NCBI GenBank assembly: GCA_965217895.1
Contig: CBDCJV010000002.1
Span: 4,672,001 to 4,736,000, forward strand
Length of the DNA stretch: 64,000 nt
Direction of reading: 5' to 3'
From: Waterburya sp.
GTDB taxonomy: Bacteria > Cyanobacteriota > Cyanobacteriia > Cyanobacteriales > Xenococcaceae
Part shown: piece after piece, positions 42,157 through 53,917 of the stretch
How positions within the stretch are numbered: position 1 is the stretch's first letter
How the letters are laid out: the number at the start of each line of letters is the position of its first letter
Program-made: the position numbers and the translations under genes
Notes under the pieces: generated by a model
The model's input: the letters and a program-made list of their open reading frames with translations, nothing else
Database searches by the model: none
Told to the model about the DNA's origin: nothing

Positions 42157-43100
42157 AATTTATTTTGTCTATATTCGGACGCAGCAGGAGATTGAAATTC
42201 GATACTATCAATCATTTGTTGAGCAACAGCTTTTATTACAGGTACAGTAACGCTATTGCCTGTTTGTTTCCGAATTTGGGTATAAGGTACAACAATTTTA
42301 AAGTTATCGGGGAAACCTTGAAGACGAAGTAATTCTTTTGGGGTTAGCCTTCTAGTTCCATTTGCTAGAAGATAATTGTAAGATGCTCCTGCCCTCAATG
42401 CACAAGAATACTCAAGAGCAGAAATATTACCGCTTTTATTTTCATGCCAAATAGAAGGAATTGGATAGTTCGGTTTAACTTTTAACAGTCTTTTTTTCCT
42501 TATTTCTGGAGAAACAAAATATTTAGGATCAACTTTACCGTCATCTTCTAATACTGTTGATAGATTTGGTTTTATAGCAATTGGTTGGGGAAAAGTGAAT
42601 TTAATATTATCTTTAAATCCGACAATAATAGTCCGTTCTCTTTTTTGAGGAATTCCAAAATCCAGAGAGTTTAAAATTGTATAATGAACAAAATAACCTA
42701 TATTTTCTAAATGCTTAATGATAGTTTCAAATGTTCTTCCTTGATCGTGAGATTTTAAATTTTTTACATTTTCTAGTAGAAAAGCATAAGGCTTTTGAAT
42801 CTTGAGAATTTCTTCGATATTAAAAAATAAAGTTCCTCTTGTATCTGAAAAACCTTGTTGGTCGCCACAAATGCTAAATGCTTGACAAGGAAATCCTGCT
42901 AGCAAAATATCATGTTCTGGGATTGTTTCAGGTTTTATTTGAGTAATATCACCTTGAGGACGTTCGCCAAAATTAGCTTCATAGGTATCTTGAGCATATT
43001 TATCCCATTCTGATGAAAAAACGCATTCTCCGCCAACACTCTCAAAACCCAATCTAATTCCACCAATACCAGCAAATAGATCTATAAATCGAAACTTCAT
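42129..43100 (-). CDS. DNA (cytosine-5) methyltransferase, cognate of the HaeII-like REase
   Basis: DLFAGIGG, GFPCQ, ENV, QKRER and GNSV motifs. Confidence 0.95.
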   Translation of the reverse strand: MKFRFIDLFAGIGGIRLGFESVGGECVFSSEWDKYAQDTYEANFGERPQGDITQIKPETIPEHDILLAGFPCQAFSICGDQQGFSDTRGTLFFNIEEILKIQKPYAFLLENVKNLKSHDQGRTFETIIKHLENIGYFVHYTILNSLDFGIPQKRERTIIVGFKDNIKFTFPQPIAIKPNLSTVLEDDGKVDPKYFVSPEIRKKRLLKVKPNYPIPSIWHENKSGNISALEYSCALRAGASYNYLLANGTRRLTPKELLRLQGFPDNFKIVVPYTQIRKQTGNSVTVPVIKAVAQQMIDSIEFQSPAASEYRQNKLWKPVSPTI

Positions 43101-43269
43101 TAATTAACTTTTAAATTACCTGAGTCGTACTCATTTAGAACATTTGCAATTATACTGAATTCGATTTGCTATTGCACCCCCTAGCCTTTAAAAACAACTA
43201 ATTAGCAAGAGTGACGGCAATGAATATACAATAAGAAATTGCTAAAAACCCAACTCCACTGCTAGTCAA

Positions 43270-46002
43270 ATGACCGCAACTGACACCAATCTCTCTACTC
43301 AATACGATCCCAAGCAAACCGAAGCTAAATGGCAGCAATACTGGGCGGACAAGGAAGTATTCAAAGCCAATCCCAATGCTGAGGGCGAACCCTATTGCAT
43401 TGTCATTCCCCCGCCCAACGTTACGGGGAGTTTGCACATGGGACACGCTTTTGAGAGTGCGCTAATCGATACTTTAATTCGTTACCATCGCATGATTGGG
43501 CGCAATACCTTGTGGTTGCCTGGAACGGATCACGCGAGTATTGCGGTGAGTACGATTGTAGATAAGCAAATTAAAGACGAAGGTAAAAGCCGTGAAGATT
43601 TAGGACGAGAAGAGTATTTAAAACGGGCTTGGGCTTGGAAAGAGGAATCTGGGACGACGATTATTAATCAGTTGAAGAGTCTAGGGGTTTCTGCCGACTG
43701 GACAAGAGAAAGGTTTACGATGGATGAGGGTTTGTCTGATGCCGTAAAGACAGCCTTTGTTAAACTCTACAAAGAAGGTTTGATTTATCGCGGTAATTAT
43801 TTGGTTAACTGGTGTCCTGCATCCCTTTCGGCGGTATCGGATTTAGAAGCGGAGAATCAGGAGGTTGATGGGCATCTGTGGCATTTTCGTTATCCTCTGA
43901 CTGATGGAAGTGGTCATTTAGAAGTGGCAACTACTCGCCCTGAGACGATGTTGGGGGATACGGGAGTTGCGGTTAATCCGAACGATGAAAGGTATAAAGA
44001 TTATATTGGTAAAACAGTTACTTTACCGATAGTTGGACGCGAGATTCCGATTATTGGCGATGAATTTGTGGACATGGACTTTGGGACAGGATGCGTTAAA
44101 GTAACACCCGCACACGATCTTAATGACTTTGAGATGGGTAAACGCCATAACCTGCCGATGATTAACATCATGAATAAGGATGGTAGTCTCAATGAGAATG
44201 CAGGAGAGTTTCAGGGACTCGATCGCTTTGTTGCCCGCAAGAATGTGGTTAAAAAGCTAGAAGAGCTAGGTAATTTAGTAAAAATAGAAGACTATCGCCA
44301 TAGCGTTCCCTATAGCGATCGCGGTAAAGTACCTATAGAACCTTTATTATCAACTCAGTGGTTTGTCAAAATTGAACCGTTGTCGAGTAAAGCTTTAGCT
44401 TCTCTGGATAACGATAATTCTCCTAACTATGTCCCCGATAGATGGAAGAAGGTATATCGGGACTGGTTAGTTAAACTCAAAGACTGGTGTATCTCTCGTC
44501 AGCTATGGTGGGGTCATCAAATTCCTGCTTGGTATGTAGTGTCAGAAACAGGCAACGAAATTGCCGATCATACTCCGTATATTGTAGCTTACGATGAAAC
44601 GGAGGCAGAAACCAAAGCAAAAGAGAAGTACGGGAACAATATCAAGCTAGAACAAGATCCTGATGTCTTAGATACTTGGTTTTCTTCTGGTTTGTGGCCC
44701 TTTTCCACTATGGGCTGGCCCGAAAATACTGCGGACTTGGAGAAATATTATCCGACTTCTACTTTAGTTACAGGCTTTGATATCATCTTCTTTTGGGTGG
44801 CACGCATGACTATGATGGCGGGACACTTTACCGACAAGATGCCCTTTGATGATGTTTATATTCACGGCTTGGTTTTAGATGAAAACGGACAAAAAATGTC
44901 CAAGTCAAAAAATAACGGCATCGATCCTTTATTAATGATCGATAAATATGGTGCAGATGCGTTGCGTTACACCCTAATTACTAAAGTTGTAGGCGCGGGA
45001 CAAAATATTAGCTTTGATTATGACCGCAAAAAACAAGAATCATCTTCAGTTGAGGCTTCTCGTAACTTTGCCAACAAACTGTGGAATGCTTCGCGGTTTG
45101 TGATGATGAATCTAAAAAGGAAAACTCCCCAAGAATTAGTACAGCCAGACACCGCCTCTTTAGAATTGGTAGATAAATGGTTGCTGTCTCGTTTTTATCA
45201 AACCGTCAAACAAACCAAAGCTAATATTGAATCATACAGTTTGGGTGAAGCAGCTAAAGGTTTATATGAATTTATTTGGAATGATTTTTGTGACTGGTAT
45301 ATTGAATTAGTTAAAACCCGCCTTTGGCAAGACGATGCTTCAAAATCTCGCTTAGTAGCGCAGCAAACATTAGGTTATGTCCTTGAAGGAATACTTAAGC
45401 TGCTTCATCCCTTTATGCCTCATATTACCGAAGAAATCTGGCAAACTCTGACTCAAGCTGATGGTACACAAACCTTGGCACTACAAACTTATCCTCAAGT
45501 TGCCGAGAATTTGATTGATGCTGAATTAGAGCAAAACTTTGATTTACTTTTTAATACCATTGGCACTATTCGCAATTTACGTGCAGAATCGGTAATTAAG
45601 CCTGGAGATAAAATTAAGGTTATTCTCCAAACAGAAAACCAAAAAGAAAGTAATATTCTAAAATTAACCCAAAGTTATATCCAAGATATTGCTAAAGTCG
45701 GCGAGCTTATTATTACCTCCACTCTAACTGAAGATCCAGGACAGGTAATTGCAGGAGTAACAGGGACAGTGCAAATTTTGATTCCTCTTACTGGCTTGGT
45801 AGATGTAGCTGCACTAGAGGCTAAATTGCAGAAGAAATTAGATAAGGTAGAAAAAGATATCAAATCTCTTACTGGACGCTTAAATAATCCTGGTTTTGTC
45901 AATAAAGCACCCGAAGAGGTTATTGAAGGTGCAAAAGCAGATTTGGCAGAGGCACAAAAACAAGCAGAAATATTACGGGAGCGTTTAGATCGTTTAAAGT
46001 AA
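43270..46002 (+). CDS. valS: Valine-tRNA ligase
   Basis: [18 protein letters not shown] and C-terminal coiled coil. Confidence 0.98.
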   Translation: MTATDTNLSTQYDPKQTEAKWQQYWADKEVFKANPNAEGEPYCIVIPPPNVTGSLHMGHAFESALIDTLIRYHRMIGRNTLWLPGTDHASIAVSTIVDKQIKDEGKSREDLGREEYLKRAWAWKEESGTTIINQLKSLGVSADWTRERFTMDEGLSDAVKTAFVKLYKEGLIYRGNYLVNWCPASLSAVSDLEAENQEVDGHLWHFRYPLTDGSGHLEVATTRPETMLGDTGVAVNPNDERYKDYIGKTVTLPIVGREIPIIGDEFVDMDFGTGCVKVTPAHDLNDFEMGKRHNLPMINIMNKDGSLNENAGEFQGLDRFVARKNVVKKLEELGNLVKIEDYRHSVPYSDRGKVPIEPLLSTQWFVKIEPLSSKALASLDNDNSPNYVPDRWKKVYRDWLVKLKDWCISRQLWWGHQIPAWYVVSETGNEIADHTPYIVAYDETEAETKAKEKYGNNIKLEQDPDVLDTWFSSGLWPFSTMGWPENTADLEKYYPTSTLVTGFDIIFFWVARMTMMAGHFTDKMPFDDVYIHGLVLDENGQKMSKSKNNGIDPLLMIDKYGADALRYTLITKVVGAGQNISFDYDRKKQESSSVEASRNFANKLWNASRFVMMNLKRKTPQELVQPDTASLELVDKWLLSRFYQTVKQTKANIESYSLGEAAKGLYEFIWNDFCDWYIELVKTRLWQDDASKSRLVAQQTLGYVLEGILKLLHPFMPHITEEIWQTLTQADGTQTLALQTYPQVAENLIDAELEQNFDLLFNTIGTIRNLRAESVIKPGDKIKVILQTENQKESNILKLTQSYIQDIAKVGELIITSTLTEDPGQVIAGVTGTVQILIPLTGLVDVAALEAKLQKKLDKVEKDIKSLTGRLNNPGFVNKAPEEVIEGAKADLAEAQKQAEILRERLDRLK

Positions 46003-46057
46003 AAGTATCATTGAATGAGCTAACCAACTACATCCATGTTCAAGACTCTTAAAAGCC

Positions 46058-46504
46058 ATGTTATACCTAGCTCAAGTTGAAATTAACCCTGATTTGGGAG
46101 AAATACAGCTACAGGTACTTGCTCGCCAAGAATCGGAATATGTCTGGGAAGTGGATAATTCTGAAACTTTACTTTTAACTAAAGAAAGTTCCTTGTGTGC
46201 GGGAGTGTTGGTATTGGTAGAAATAGGTCAAGATCAACAGATAATTAGCATTCAAGAGGCTAAAGACTGGATTTTGAGCATTTTACAGCAGCATTTGACT
46301 AAAAATGCCATTAATCCTCAGTTTATCAAAACAGAACAAAGTAAAGTCGAATCATGGCGACAGGAAATCACCGCTCAAAATCTTGAGCTAAATCGCCGTG
46401 CGCTAGAAATAGAAACCCGTCGCGAACAATTACAAGAATTGGAACAAGAGTTGAAGCGCGATAAGGAAGAGTTGGATAGGTTAAAGGAGCAATTAAGTAA
46501 GTAA
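46058..46504 (+). CDS. Hypothetical coiled-coil protein resembling the HmpF N-terminus
   Basis: MLYLAQVE, LLA-type GVLVLVE and VESWRQEIT..N.EL.RR.LEIETR.EQLQ motifs. Confidence 0.6.
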   Translation: MLYLAQVEINPDLGEIQLQVLARQESEYVWEVDNSETLLLTKESSLCAGVLVLVEIGQDQQIISIQEAKDWILSILQQHLTKNAINPQFIKTEQSKVESWRQEITAQNLELNRRALEIETRREQLQELEQELKRDKEELDRLKEQLSK

Positions 46505-46527
46505 TAAGTAACAAGTAATAAGTAAAT

Positions 46528-46831
46528 AGGACTTACGCAGTTTAACGAGTTTTGCCCCCCTAGCCCCCCAAGTTTGGGGGAACAAGAATTAAAAGTCCCC
46601 CTCTCGCGCATTCCCAAGTCCGCGTGGCTTCCCGTTTAGGGATGCCCTCGTGTCGGACGCTTGCGCCTGACGGCGACGCGGTGAAGCAGTTGCGGTGGTG
46701 AGACACTTGCGTTGCGGAGGTATCCTCCGTTGAGCAAAGTGTCGAAAGGGTTCCCTGGCATAAGCAAACTGCTGAACCATGCGCGGGGGTCGCTCGCCTT
46801 GGGGGATTTAGGGGGCAAGTGCGTAAGTCCT
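46528..46831. mobile_element. Composite MITE with nested palindromic repeats
   Basis: TIRs AGGACTTACGCA/TGCGTAAGTCCT, flanking AGTAAAT duplication, and internal GC-rich nested hairpins. Confidence 0.8.
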
Positions 46832-46910
46832 AGTAAATTGATAGGCTTGAGAGGAAAGTGTAAATAGTAATTAAATTATCTTAATAATTGCCATAACATA
46901 GATATTAATT

Positions 46911-47213
46911 ATGAATAACGAAGAAATAAAACAAATTATCTCAACTATACTTCAAGGTCAAAAAGAAATACAAATTGCTCAAGTTAATCTGGCACAGAGA
47001 ATCAATGAAACTAATGAAACAGTAAATAATTTAGCAACTACTATTAATTCGTTGGCTCAAGTAACTCAAAGTCATCAAGTAACCATTCAAAGAATTACTG
47101 GTGAAGGATTAATTAGAGATGCTGATTTGAGTCTTAATAATCAACGTTTTATTCGCATTGAACAACGATTAGAAAGGATAGAAAATTTATTGAGAGGTAG
47201 AGACAATAATTAA
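46911..47213 (+). CDS. Hypothetical coiled-coil protein
   Basis: 100-aa ORF with heptad pattern. Confidence 0.65.
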   Translation: MNNEEIKQIISTILQGQKEIQIAQVNLAQRINETNETVNNLATTINSLAQVTQSHQVTIQRITGEGLIRDADLSLNNQRFIRIEQRLERIENLLRGRDNN

Positions 47214-47300
47214 TCTTGCTCGGTATAGTAAATAAAATTAAGCCAGGAAAAACTTACAAAGTAAGGAGATTATTTACCTAATTTATTACTTAAACAAACA

Positions 47301-48434
47301 ATGCTTAACTTCGCTAAACCCTTTTATCCTTTACTACTTTCTTCTGTCAAAAGCGATCCTGAGACAGCTCATCGCCAGATGCTCAAGGCGTTGAATAACC
47401 TGGAATTAAATCGTCATTCTATCTGGGGTAGTTTGGCTATTAAACAGTTAGAAAAGTCTTTTTGTGTCCAAGATACTCGTCTGCAACAAACCCTTTGGGG
47501 ACTAAATTTTAACAATCCTTTTGGTTTAGCAGCAGGGTTTGATAAAGATGGCACGGCAGCAGGAATGTGGAGTAGTTTTGGCTTTGGTTTTGCAGAATTA
47601 GGTGCAGTTACCTTACATTCTCAGTCAGGAAACCCTCGTCCGCGGATGTTTCGCCTCCCTGAAGATAAAGCAGCACTTAATCGCATGGGTGCAAATAATT
47701 TGGGTGCAGCAGTAATGGCAGATACCCTAGCTCAAACTTGGAAACGACAACCCCGTAAGATTCCTATTGGCATCAATTTGTGTAAATCGAAAATTGCTTC
47801 TTTAGAAGACGCAGCAGCAGATTACGTAGGCAGCTTTAAATATCTAAAGAATGTGGCAGATTACTTTGTAATTAATGTAAGTTCACCCAATACCCCAGGA
47901 TTGCGATCGCTCCAGGCTGGGGAACAATTAGAACCTATCTTATCAGCTTTACAGACAGCAAATACTCAAGGTAAACCTATTTTAATTAAAATCGCTCCCG
48001 ATCTCGAATGGCAAGATATTAAAGAAATTCTAAATTTAGCAACTAGCTACAATCTTTCTGGCATTATCGCCACTAACACTACTATTCGCCGTGATGGTTT
48101 GAATACAAATGTTTTAAAAGAGACAGGCAACAGTATTAAAGACGAAGCAGGAGGAATTAGCGGTTTACCTGTGAAGCAACGCTCTACTGAAGTAATTAGA
48201 TTTATTTATCAGGAAACAAACGGTAATTTACCAATTATTGGCGTTGGCGGAATTTTTGATGCCGATGATGCTTGGTCAAAGATAATTGCTGGGGCAAGTA
48301 TACTGCAAGTATATACTGGCTGGGTTTATGAAGGACCTTGGATGGTCAAGAATGTGTTATCTGGCTTGTTAGCTAAATTAGATGAACAAGGATTAGATAA
48401 CATTAAAAATGCGGTAGGTTTAGAGCATTTATAA
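47301..48434 (+). CDS. pyrD: Quinone-dependent dihydroorotate dehydrogenase
   Basis: [18 protein letters not shown] and [11 protein letters not shown] motifs. Confidence 0.97.
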   Translation: MLNFAKPFYPLLLSSVKSDPETAHRQMLKALNNLELNRHSIWGSLAIKQLEKSFCVQDTRLQQTLWGLNFNNPFGLAAGFDKDGTAAGMWSSFGFGFAELGAVTLHSQSGNPRPRMFRLPEDKAALNRMGANNLGAAVMADTLAQTWKRQPRKIPIGINLCKSKIASLEDAAADYVGSFKYLKNVADYFVINVSSPNTPGLRSLQAGEQLEPILSALQTANTQGKPILIKIAPDLEWQDIKEILNLATSYNLSGIIATNTTIRRDGLNTNVLKETGNSIKDEAGGISGLPVKQRSTEVIRFIYQETNGNLPIIGVGGIFDADDAWSKIIAGASILQVYTGWVYEGPWMVKNVLSGLLAKLDEQGLDNIKNAVGLEHL

Positions 48435-48441
48435 GTACGTT

Positions 48442-48924
48442 ATGGAAGAAATATTAGAGTTAAAAGACTGTTTACTTAATCAACAATACGATCGCGCCTT
48501 TGCCATAGTAGAAGAATTAGAAATGATGGGGAGACAAGATAAGATTAATAACTTAGAGTCTTTTCTAGTAATCTTATCGATCCATTTAATTAAGATTCAA
48601 GTGGAAGGAAGGGTAACAAGAAGTTGGAAAAATTCTCTTAGTAACAGCCTTCTTGCAATTCAAAAACGGAATAGACTTGGCAAAAAATCTTACTATGTTA
48701 AGCAAGATGACTGGGATGAATATATATTAGATTGTCAATTTGAAGCGGTTTTAGGTGCTGCAAAAGAAATTTTTGAGGGGATTAATTATCAAGAATTAGA
48801 AAAGTTAGTTGATTTAGAGCAATTGATGATAGTTAGCAATGAATTATTGGCTTTAACTTATAGCAAGAGTTCAAGAGAAATAATGGAAGCGATTGATTTT
48901 AAGTTTCCAGTTAAATATCATTAA
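48442..48924 (+). CDS. DUF29-family protein
   Basis: EELEMMGR..INNLESFLVIL.IHLIK..RSW pattern. Confidence 0.8.
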   Translation: MEEILELKDCLLNQQYDRAFAIVEELEMMGRQDKINNLESFLVILSIHLIKIQVEGRVTRSWKNSLSNSLLAIQKRNRLGKKSYYVKQDDWDEYILDCQFEAVLGAAKEIFEGINYQELEKLVDLEQLMIVSNELLALTYSKSSREIMEAIDFKFPVKYH

Positions 48925-49052
48925 ATTAGCGATCGCCTGACTATAATTATGATAGTGCGATCGCTTTTTAGATTCAACTTTGCTTAGTTTAGAGTTTATT
49001 TAAGAAAATGTTATTGTAAACTAGATTTTGCTCATGATGTGAGAGGGGAACA

Positions 49053-49454
49053 ATGGAGATAGAATATCCAGAAGATTTAAAATATCTAGATAGCCACGAA
49101 TATGTCCGTTTTGATGGTGAAGTTGCCACAATTGGAGTTAGTGCTTTTGCACTCGATCAGTTGGGAGATGTGGTTTTTTTGGAACTTCCAGAAGTGGGTG
49201 ATGCTGTAGAGGTAGGAGAAACTCTGGGAACAATTGAATCTGTCAAGGCGGTAGAAGATTTATATCCACCAGTTTCGGGGACGGTAATCGAGCGCAACGA
49301 AACTGCTATTGATGCACCAGAGACTTTGGCTGTAGATCCTTACGGAGAAGGCTGGTTAATTAAGGTAAAAGTCGATAACCCTGATGATGAGCTAGAAGAT
49401 GCTCTTACTGCTGCGGAATATCGCGCTCAGGTAGAAGGAATGGAGCAGGATTAA
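49053..49454 (+). CDS. gcvH: Glycine cleavage system H protein
   Basis: SHEY, ESVKA lipoyl site and DPYGEGW motifs. Confidence 0.97.
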   Translation: MEIEYPEDLKYLDSHEYVRFDGEVATIGVSAFALDQLGDVVFLELPEVGDAVEVGETLGTIESVKAVEDLYPPVSGTVIERNETAIDAPETLAVDPYGEGWLIKVKVDNPDDELEDALTAAEYRAQVEGMEQD

Positions 49455-49657
49455 AGAAAGTTGGTTTGGTTGATTTGAGAAAAGTTAGTCGTTTTTGCTT
49501 ACCGAGTAGAATAATTCGGTAAATTCCTGGTAGACAAACTTCTTTTAATAGGTAAAACTTGTTAATATTTATTACAAATCGCTAATAAAAGTGGTTACGC
49601 CAATCAACTGGCGTTTTGCCACTATTTTTTTACCTAAAAATAGTATTTTTCATTGAT

Positions 49658-52585
49658 ATGGTTAATTTAAACTTTGCTTTGGAATCCCGAACTTCAGAAT
49701 TTCCGCCAGGCAATAGCAATAAATCTTCTAGTCAAAAAACTAGTTCCTTTGATACTAGACACATTGGAGTAAACCCGCAGCAAATTCAACAGATGTTGCA
49801 GGTGCTAGGGATTGAAAGCTTAGAGCAATTAATCGATCAAACTGTCCCCGCAGCAATTCGTCTTAATAAGCCATTACAGCTACCCGTAGCCAAAAGCGAG
49901 TCGGCTGCCTTAGCTAGATTAAAAGCGATCGCCTCAAATAACCAAGTATATCGCTCTTTTATCGGCATGGGTTATTACAATTGCCTGACTCCTCCAGTAA
50001 TTTTGCGTAATGTCTTAGAAAATCCTGGCTGGTATACTTCCTACACTCCTTATCAGGCAGAAATTGCCCAGGGAAGATTAGAAGCATTGCTCAATTTCCA
50101 AACTATGATTATCGATCTAACGGGTTTAGAAATTGCCAATTCTTCTCTTTTGGATGAAGGTACGGCAGCAGCAGAAGCGATGGCTATGAGTTATGGACTG
50201 TGTAAAACTAAAGCCAACGCTTTTTTTGTAGATGCAGGTTGTCATCCCCAAACCATAGAAGTAATTAAAACTCGTGCTTTGCCTTTAGGTATTGAGGTAA
50301 TTATTGACGACTATGCCAAGTTTGATTTCTCTACCCCAATTTTTGGTGCGTTGTTACAGTATCCCGCTACTGACGGCACGATTAAAGATTATCGCTCTTT
50401 TATCGAACAGGTACACGAAGCCAAGGCGTTAGCTACTGTAGCAGCAGATATTCTTAGCTTAACCTTGTTAACTCCTCCTGGAGAATTTGGGGCGGATATT
50501 GCGGTGGGAAGTACCCAAAGATTTGGTGTTCCCTTGGGTTACGGTGGCCCTCATGCAGCTTATTTTGCTACTAAAGAAAAATATCAAAGACAAGTACCAG
50601 GACGTATTGTCGGGGTTTCTAAAGATGTCCACGGTAAACCTGCCTTACGTTTGGCATTACAAACCAGAGAGCAGCATATTCGCCGTGAAAAAGCCACCAG
50701 CAATATTTGCACTGCACAGGTTTTGTTGGCGGTAATTGCGTCAATGTACGGAGTGTATCATGGTGCAGCAGGAATCAAGGCGATCGCCCTAAGAGTTCAT
50801 CAGCTTACAGTTGCTTTAGCAGCAGGATTACAGCAGCTTGGTTATGAGATTCAAACTAAAAGTTTCTTTGATACTATTTGCGTCAGTACAGGAGGCAGAA
50901 ACGCTGCGGATATTATTAAAATTGCTGCGGATAAGCAAATGAATCTTCGCTGGCTAGATGACAAGGCAGTAGGCATATCTTTTGATGAAACCACTACCGA
51001 ACAAGATTTGATCGACCTGTGGCAAATCTTTGTAGGGAAAACAGAATTACCGTTTAGCTTCGATCAATTACTCGATCATCAAAGCTCAACCATCAAAGAG
51101 CAACAGCTACGCACAACTCCTTACTTAACAGAGTCAGTATTTAACCGTTATCACTCGGAAACCGAACTGCTACGCTATCTTCATCAGCTAGAAACCAAGG
51201 ACTTATCTTTAACTACTTCGATGATTCCTTTAGGCTCTTGTACCATGAAACTTAACGCCACAGCAGAAATGATTCCTGTTACCTGGGCAGAATTTGGTAA
51301 CATCCATCCTTTCGCACCTTTAGAACAAGCTCAGGGCTATCAGCAGCTATTTGCTGAATTGGAACAGTGGCTAGCTGAAATTACAGGCTTTGCGGGTATT
51401 TCCTTACAGCCAAATGCTGGTTCACAAGGAGAATATGCGGGGTTGCAGGTAATCCGTAAATATCATCAAGATCGAGGGGAAGAACATCGCCATATCTGTT
51501 TGATTCCTGAGTCGGCACACGGTACAAACCCCGCGAGTGCGGTCATGTGTGGCATGAAAGTAGTAGCAGTAAAATGCGATCGCGATGGTAATATTGATGT
51601 CAAAGATCTACAAACCAAAGCAGAAAAGCACAAGGAAAACTTAGCAGCTTTGATGGTTACTTATCCTTCAACTCACGGGGTGTTTGAGGCGGAAATAAAA
51701 AGTATCTGTGCCGTGGTTCATCAACACGGTGGACAGGTATACATGGATGGGGCAAACATGAATGCCCAAGTAGGCTTGTGTCGCCCTGGAGATTTCGGAG
51801 CGGATGTCTGTCACCTCAACTTACACAAAACCTTCTGTATTCCTCATGGTGGTGGTGGCCCTGGAGTTGGCCCGATTGGCGTAATGTCTCATTTAGTGCC
51901 TTTTTTACCTGCTACTCCCAAAACCAACGAAGATTCCAAACCTATCGGTGCGATCTCGGCTGCGCCTTGGGGAAGTGCCAGTATTTTAACTATTTCCTGG
52001 ATGTATATCGCCATGATGGGAGAAGCTGGCTTAACTCAGGCAACTAAAGTGGCAATTCTTAATGCTAACTATATGGCAAAGCGTCTCGAACCATATTATT
52101 CAGTGCTATTCAAGGGAGAAGCTGGCTTTGTAGCTCACGAATGTATTATTGATTTGCGTCCCCTTAAAAAACGCGCTCAGGTTGAAGTAGATGATGTAGC
52201 CAAAAGACTAATGGACTTTGGTTTTCATGCGCCTACCGTATCTTGGCCCGTAATTGGCACGGTAATGATCGAACCAACTGAAAGTGAATCCAAAGAGCAG
52301 TTAGACCGTTATTGTGATGCCATGATTGCCATCTATCAAGAGGCAGAAGCGATCGCTAATGGGTCAATAGATCCAGCCAATAACCCTTTGAAAAATGCTC
52401 CTCATACTGCCCAATCTTTAATTTGCGGTGAATGGTCACATCCCTATAGTCGAGAGGAGGCAGCCTACCCTGCACCCTGGACAAAAGAACATAAATATTG
52501 GACTCCTGTTGGCAGAATTAATAATGCCTATGGCGATCGCAATTTGGTATGTTCCTGTGAGGGAATGGAGGCATATAAGGAATAA
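49658..52585 (+). CDS. gcvP: Glycine dehydrogenase (decarboxylating)
   Basis: [14 protein letters not shown] and [11 protein letters not shown] site; the ATG at 49658 is the preferred start. Confidence 0.97.
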   Translation: MVNLNFALESRTSEFPPGNSNKSSSQKTSSFDTRHIGVNPQQIQQMLQVLGIESLEQLIDQTVPAAIRLNKPLQLPVAKSESAALARLKAIASNNQVYRSFIGMGYYNCLTPPVILRNVLENPGWYTSYTPYQAEIAQGRLEALLNFQTMIIDLTGLEIANSSLLDEGTAAAEAMAMSYGLCKTKANAFFVDAGCHPQTIEVIKTRALPLGIEVIIDDYAKFDFSTPIFGALLQYPATDGTIKDYRSFIEQVHEAKALATVAADILSLTLLTPPGEFGADIAVGSTQRFGVPLGYGGPHAAYFATKEKYQRQVPGRIVGVSKDVHGKPALRLALQTREQHIRREKATSNICTAQVLLAVIASMYGVYHGAAGIKAIALRVHQLTVALAAGLQQLGYEIQTKSFFDTICVSTGGRNAADIIKIAADKQMNLRWLDDKAVGISFDETTTEQDLIDLWQIFVGKTELPFSFDQLLDHQSSTIKEQQLRTTPYLTESVFNRYHSETELLRYLHQLETKDLSLTTSMIPLGSCTMKLNATAEMIPVTWAEFGNIHPFAPLEQAQGYQQLFAELEQWLAEITGFAGISLQPNAGSQGEYAGLQVIRKYHQDRGEEHRHICLIPESAHGTNPASAVMCGMKVVAVKCDRDGNIDVKDLQTKAEKHKENLAALMVTYPSTHGVFEAEIKSICAVVHQHGGQVYMDGANMNAQVGLCRPGDFGADVCHLNLHKTFCIPHGGGGPGVGPIGVMSHLVPFLPATPKTNEDSKPIGAISAAPWGSASILTISWMYIAMMGEAGLTQATKVAILNANYMAKRLEPYYSVLFKGEAGFVAHECIIDLRPLKKRAQVEVDDVAKRLMDFGFHAPTVSWPVIGTVMIEPTESESKEQLDRYCDAMIAIYQEAEAIANGSIDPANNPLKNAPHTAQSLICGEWSHPYSREEAAYPAPWTKEHKYWTPVGRINNAYGDRNLVCSCEGMEAYKE

Positions 52586-52693
52586 ATATTTATTCCAGAA
52601 ATTTACTCAGTTTTTAGTAATAGCTTCCTGAATACATCATAAATCCGTACTTTTGTTTTCTAGGAAGCATTATTAAACTAGTAAAGCTAAAAT

Positions 52694-53161
52694 ATGAGCG
52701 TGGATTCCACTTTCTCAAAGATCCCTTTTTCTTTGCCTCCAGTTTTAGTCGTAGAGTCAAAAAATTTAATTACTAATTTTAATCATTTGGCAGAAAATTT
52801 GCTGCTAGAAATCGCCATACTCTTTAAAATAGTTATTGAATCTATTGCCTTACTTATACTCGCTTTGGCAATTGTCAGAGCAGTAAAAAGATTGCTTTGG
52901 CACAGTCATAAAATCGAGCGAGAAGAAAAACTCAGCCAAGTCAGACTAGATTTAGGCAAAGCACTAGCATTATCTTTAGAATTTTTATTAGCAGCCGACA
53001 TTGTGGCTACAGCAGTATCTCCAAGCTGGAATGCGGTGGGTAAATTAGCAGCAATTTCGGCTATAAGAACTTTTCTCAACTTTTTCTTGGAAAGAGAAGT
53101 TAGATTATTAGCCAAAGAAAAACCGATCAAGTCACCAAAGATAAAAAAGCCAGATTATTAA
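52694..53161 (+). CDS. DUF1622-family membrane protein
   Basis: LGKALALSLEFLLAADIVAT and IRTFLNFFL motifs. Confidence 0.88.
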   Translation: MSVDSTFSKIPFSLPPVLVVESKNLITNFNHLAENLLLEIAILFKIVIESIALLILALAIVRAVKRLLWHSHKIEREEKLSQVRLDLGKALALSLEFLLAADIVATAVSPSWNAVGKLAAISAIRTFLNFFLEREVRLLAKEKPIKSPKIKKPDY

Positions 53162-53173
53162 TCTACAAACATT

Positions 53174-53206
53174 AAAAAGAGACGCTCTCGAATCAAGAAC
53201 GTCTCT
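53174..53206 (-). terminator. Terminator downstream of petF
   Basis: AGAGACG/CGTCTCT stem with an A-run on the left side. Confidence 0.6.
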
Positions 53207-53226
53207 AACCAATTTTAATTACCTGC

Positions 53227-53550
<324 letters not shown>

Positions 53551-53917
53551 TTAATTCGTGCTTAGTTGGGAAGTTCTACTTATTTTGTTAATAATTTAAT
53601 TAAAATAAGTTTTTTCCTCGTTCAAAAAGCCTCATGTTTGATACTAAGGGAAAAATACTAATTATTGTGCGTGCATTAGCAATGAGATTTGTTATTTATC
53701 GTAAAATAAGTTTTTCTTATCTATGAAGCTGCGGTGAGAATACTTTGAGTTGAAAATTTTCAATGACCCCAAAACTACCAAATAGCAATCATTCTTTCGG
53801 CATAAAATCTAGGAAAAAGAATCTTAATTTTCCCTGAAAATAACTATTAATTATAGTTATACCTGTGATTGATGATTTGTACTTACAGTATAAGTAAAAT
53901 AAGCTCATATTGTTTTT

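Noticed and set aside
46375..46818. Three short minus-strand ORFs
   Set aside because: They arise from GC-rich nested repeats and antisense overlap.
49455..49657. Glycine riboswitch in the gcv region
   Set aside because: No recognisable aptamer core; only a single hairpin is present.
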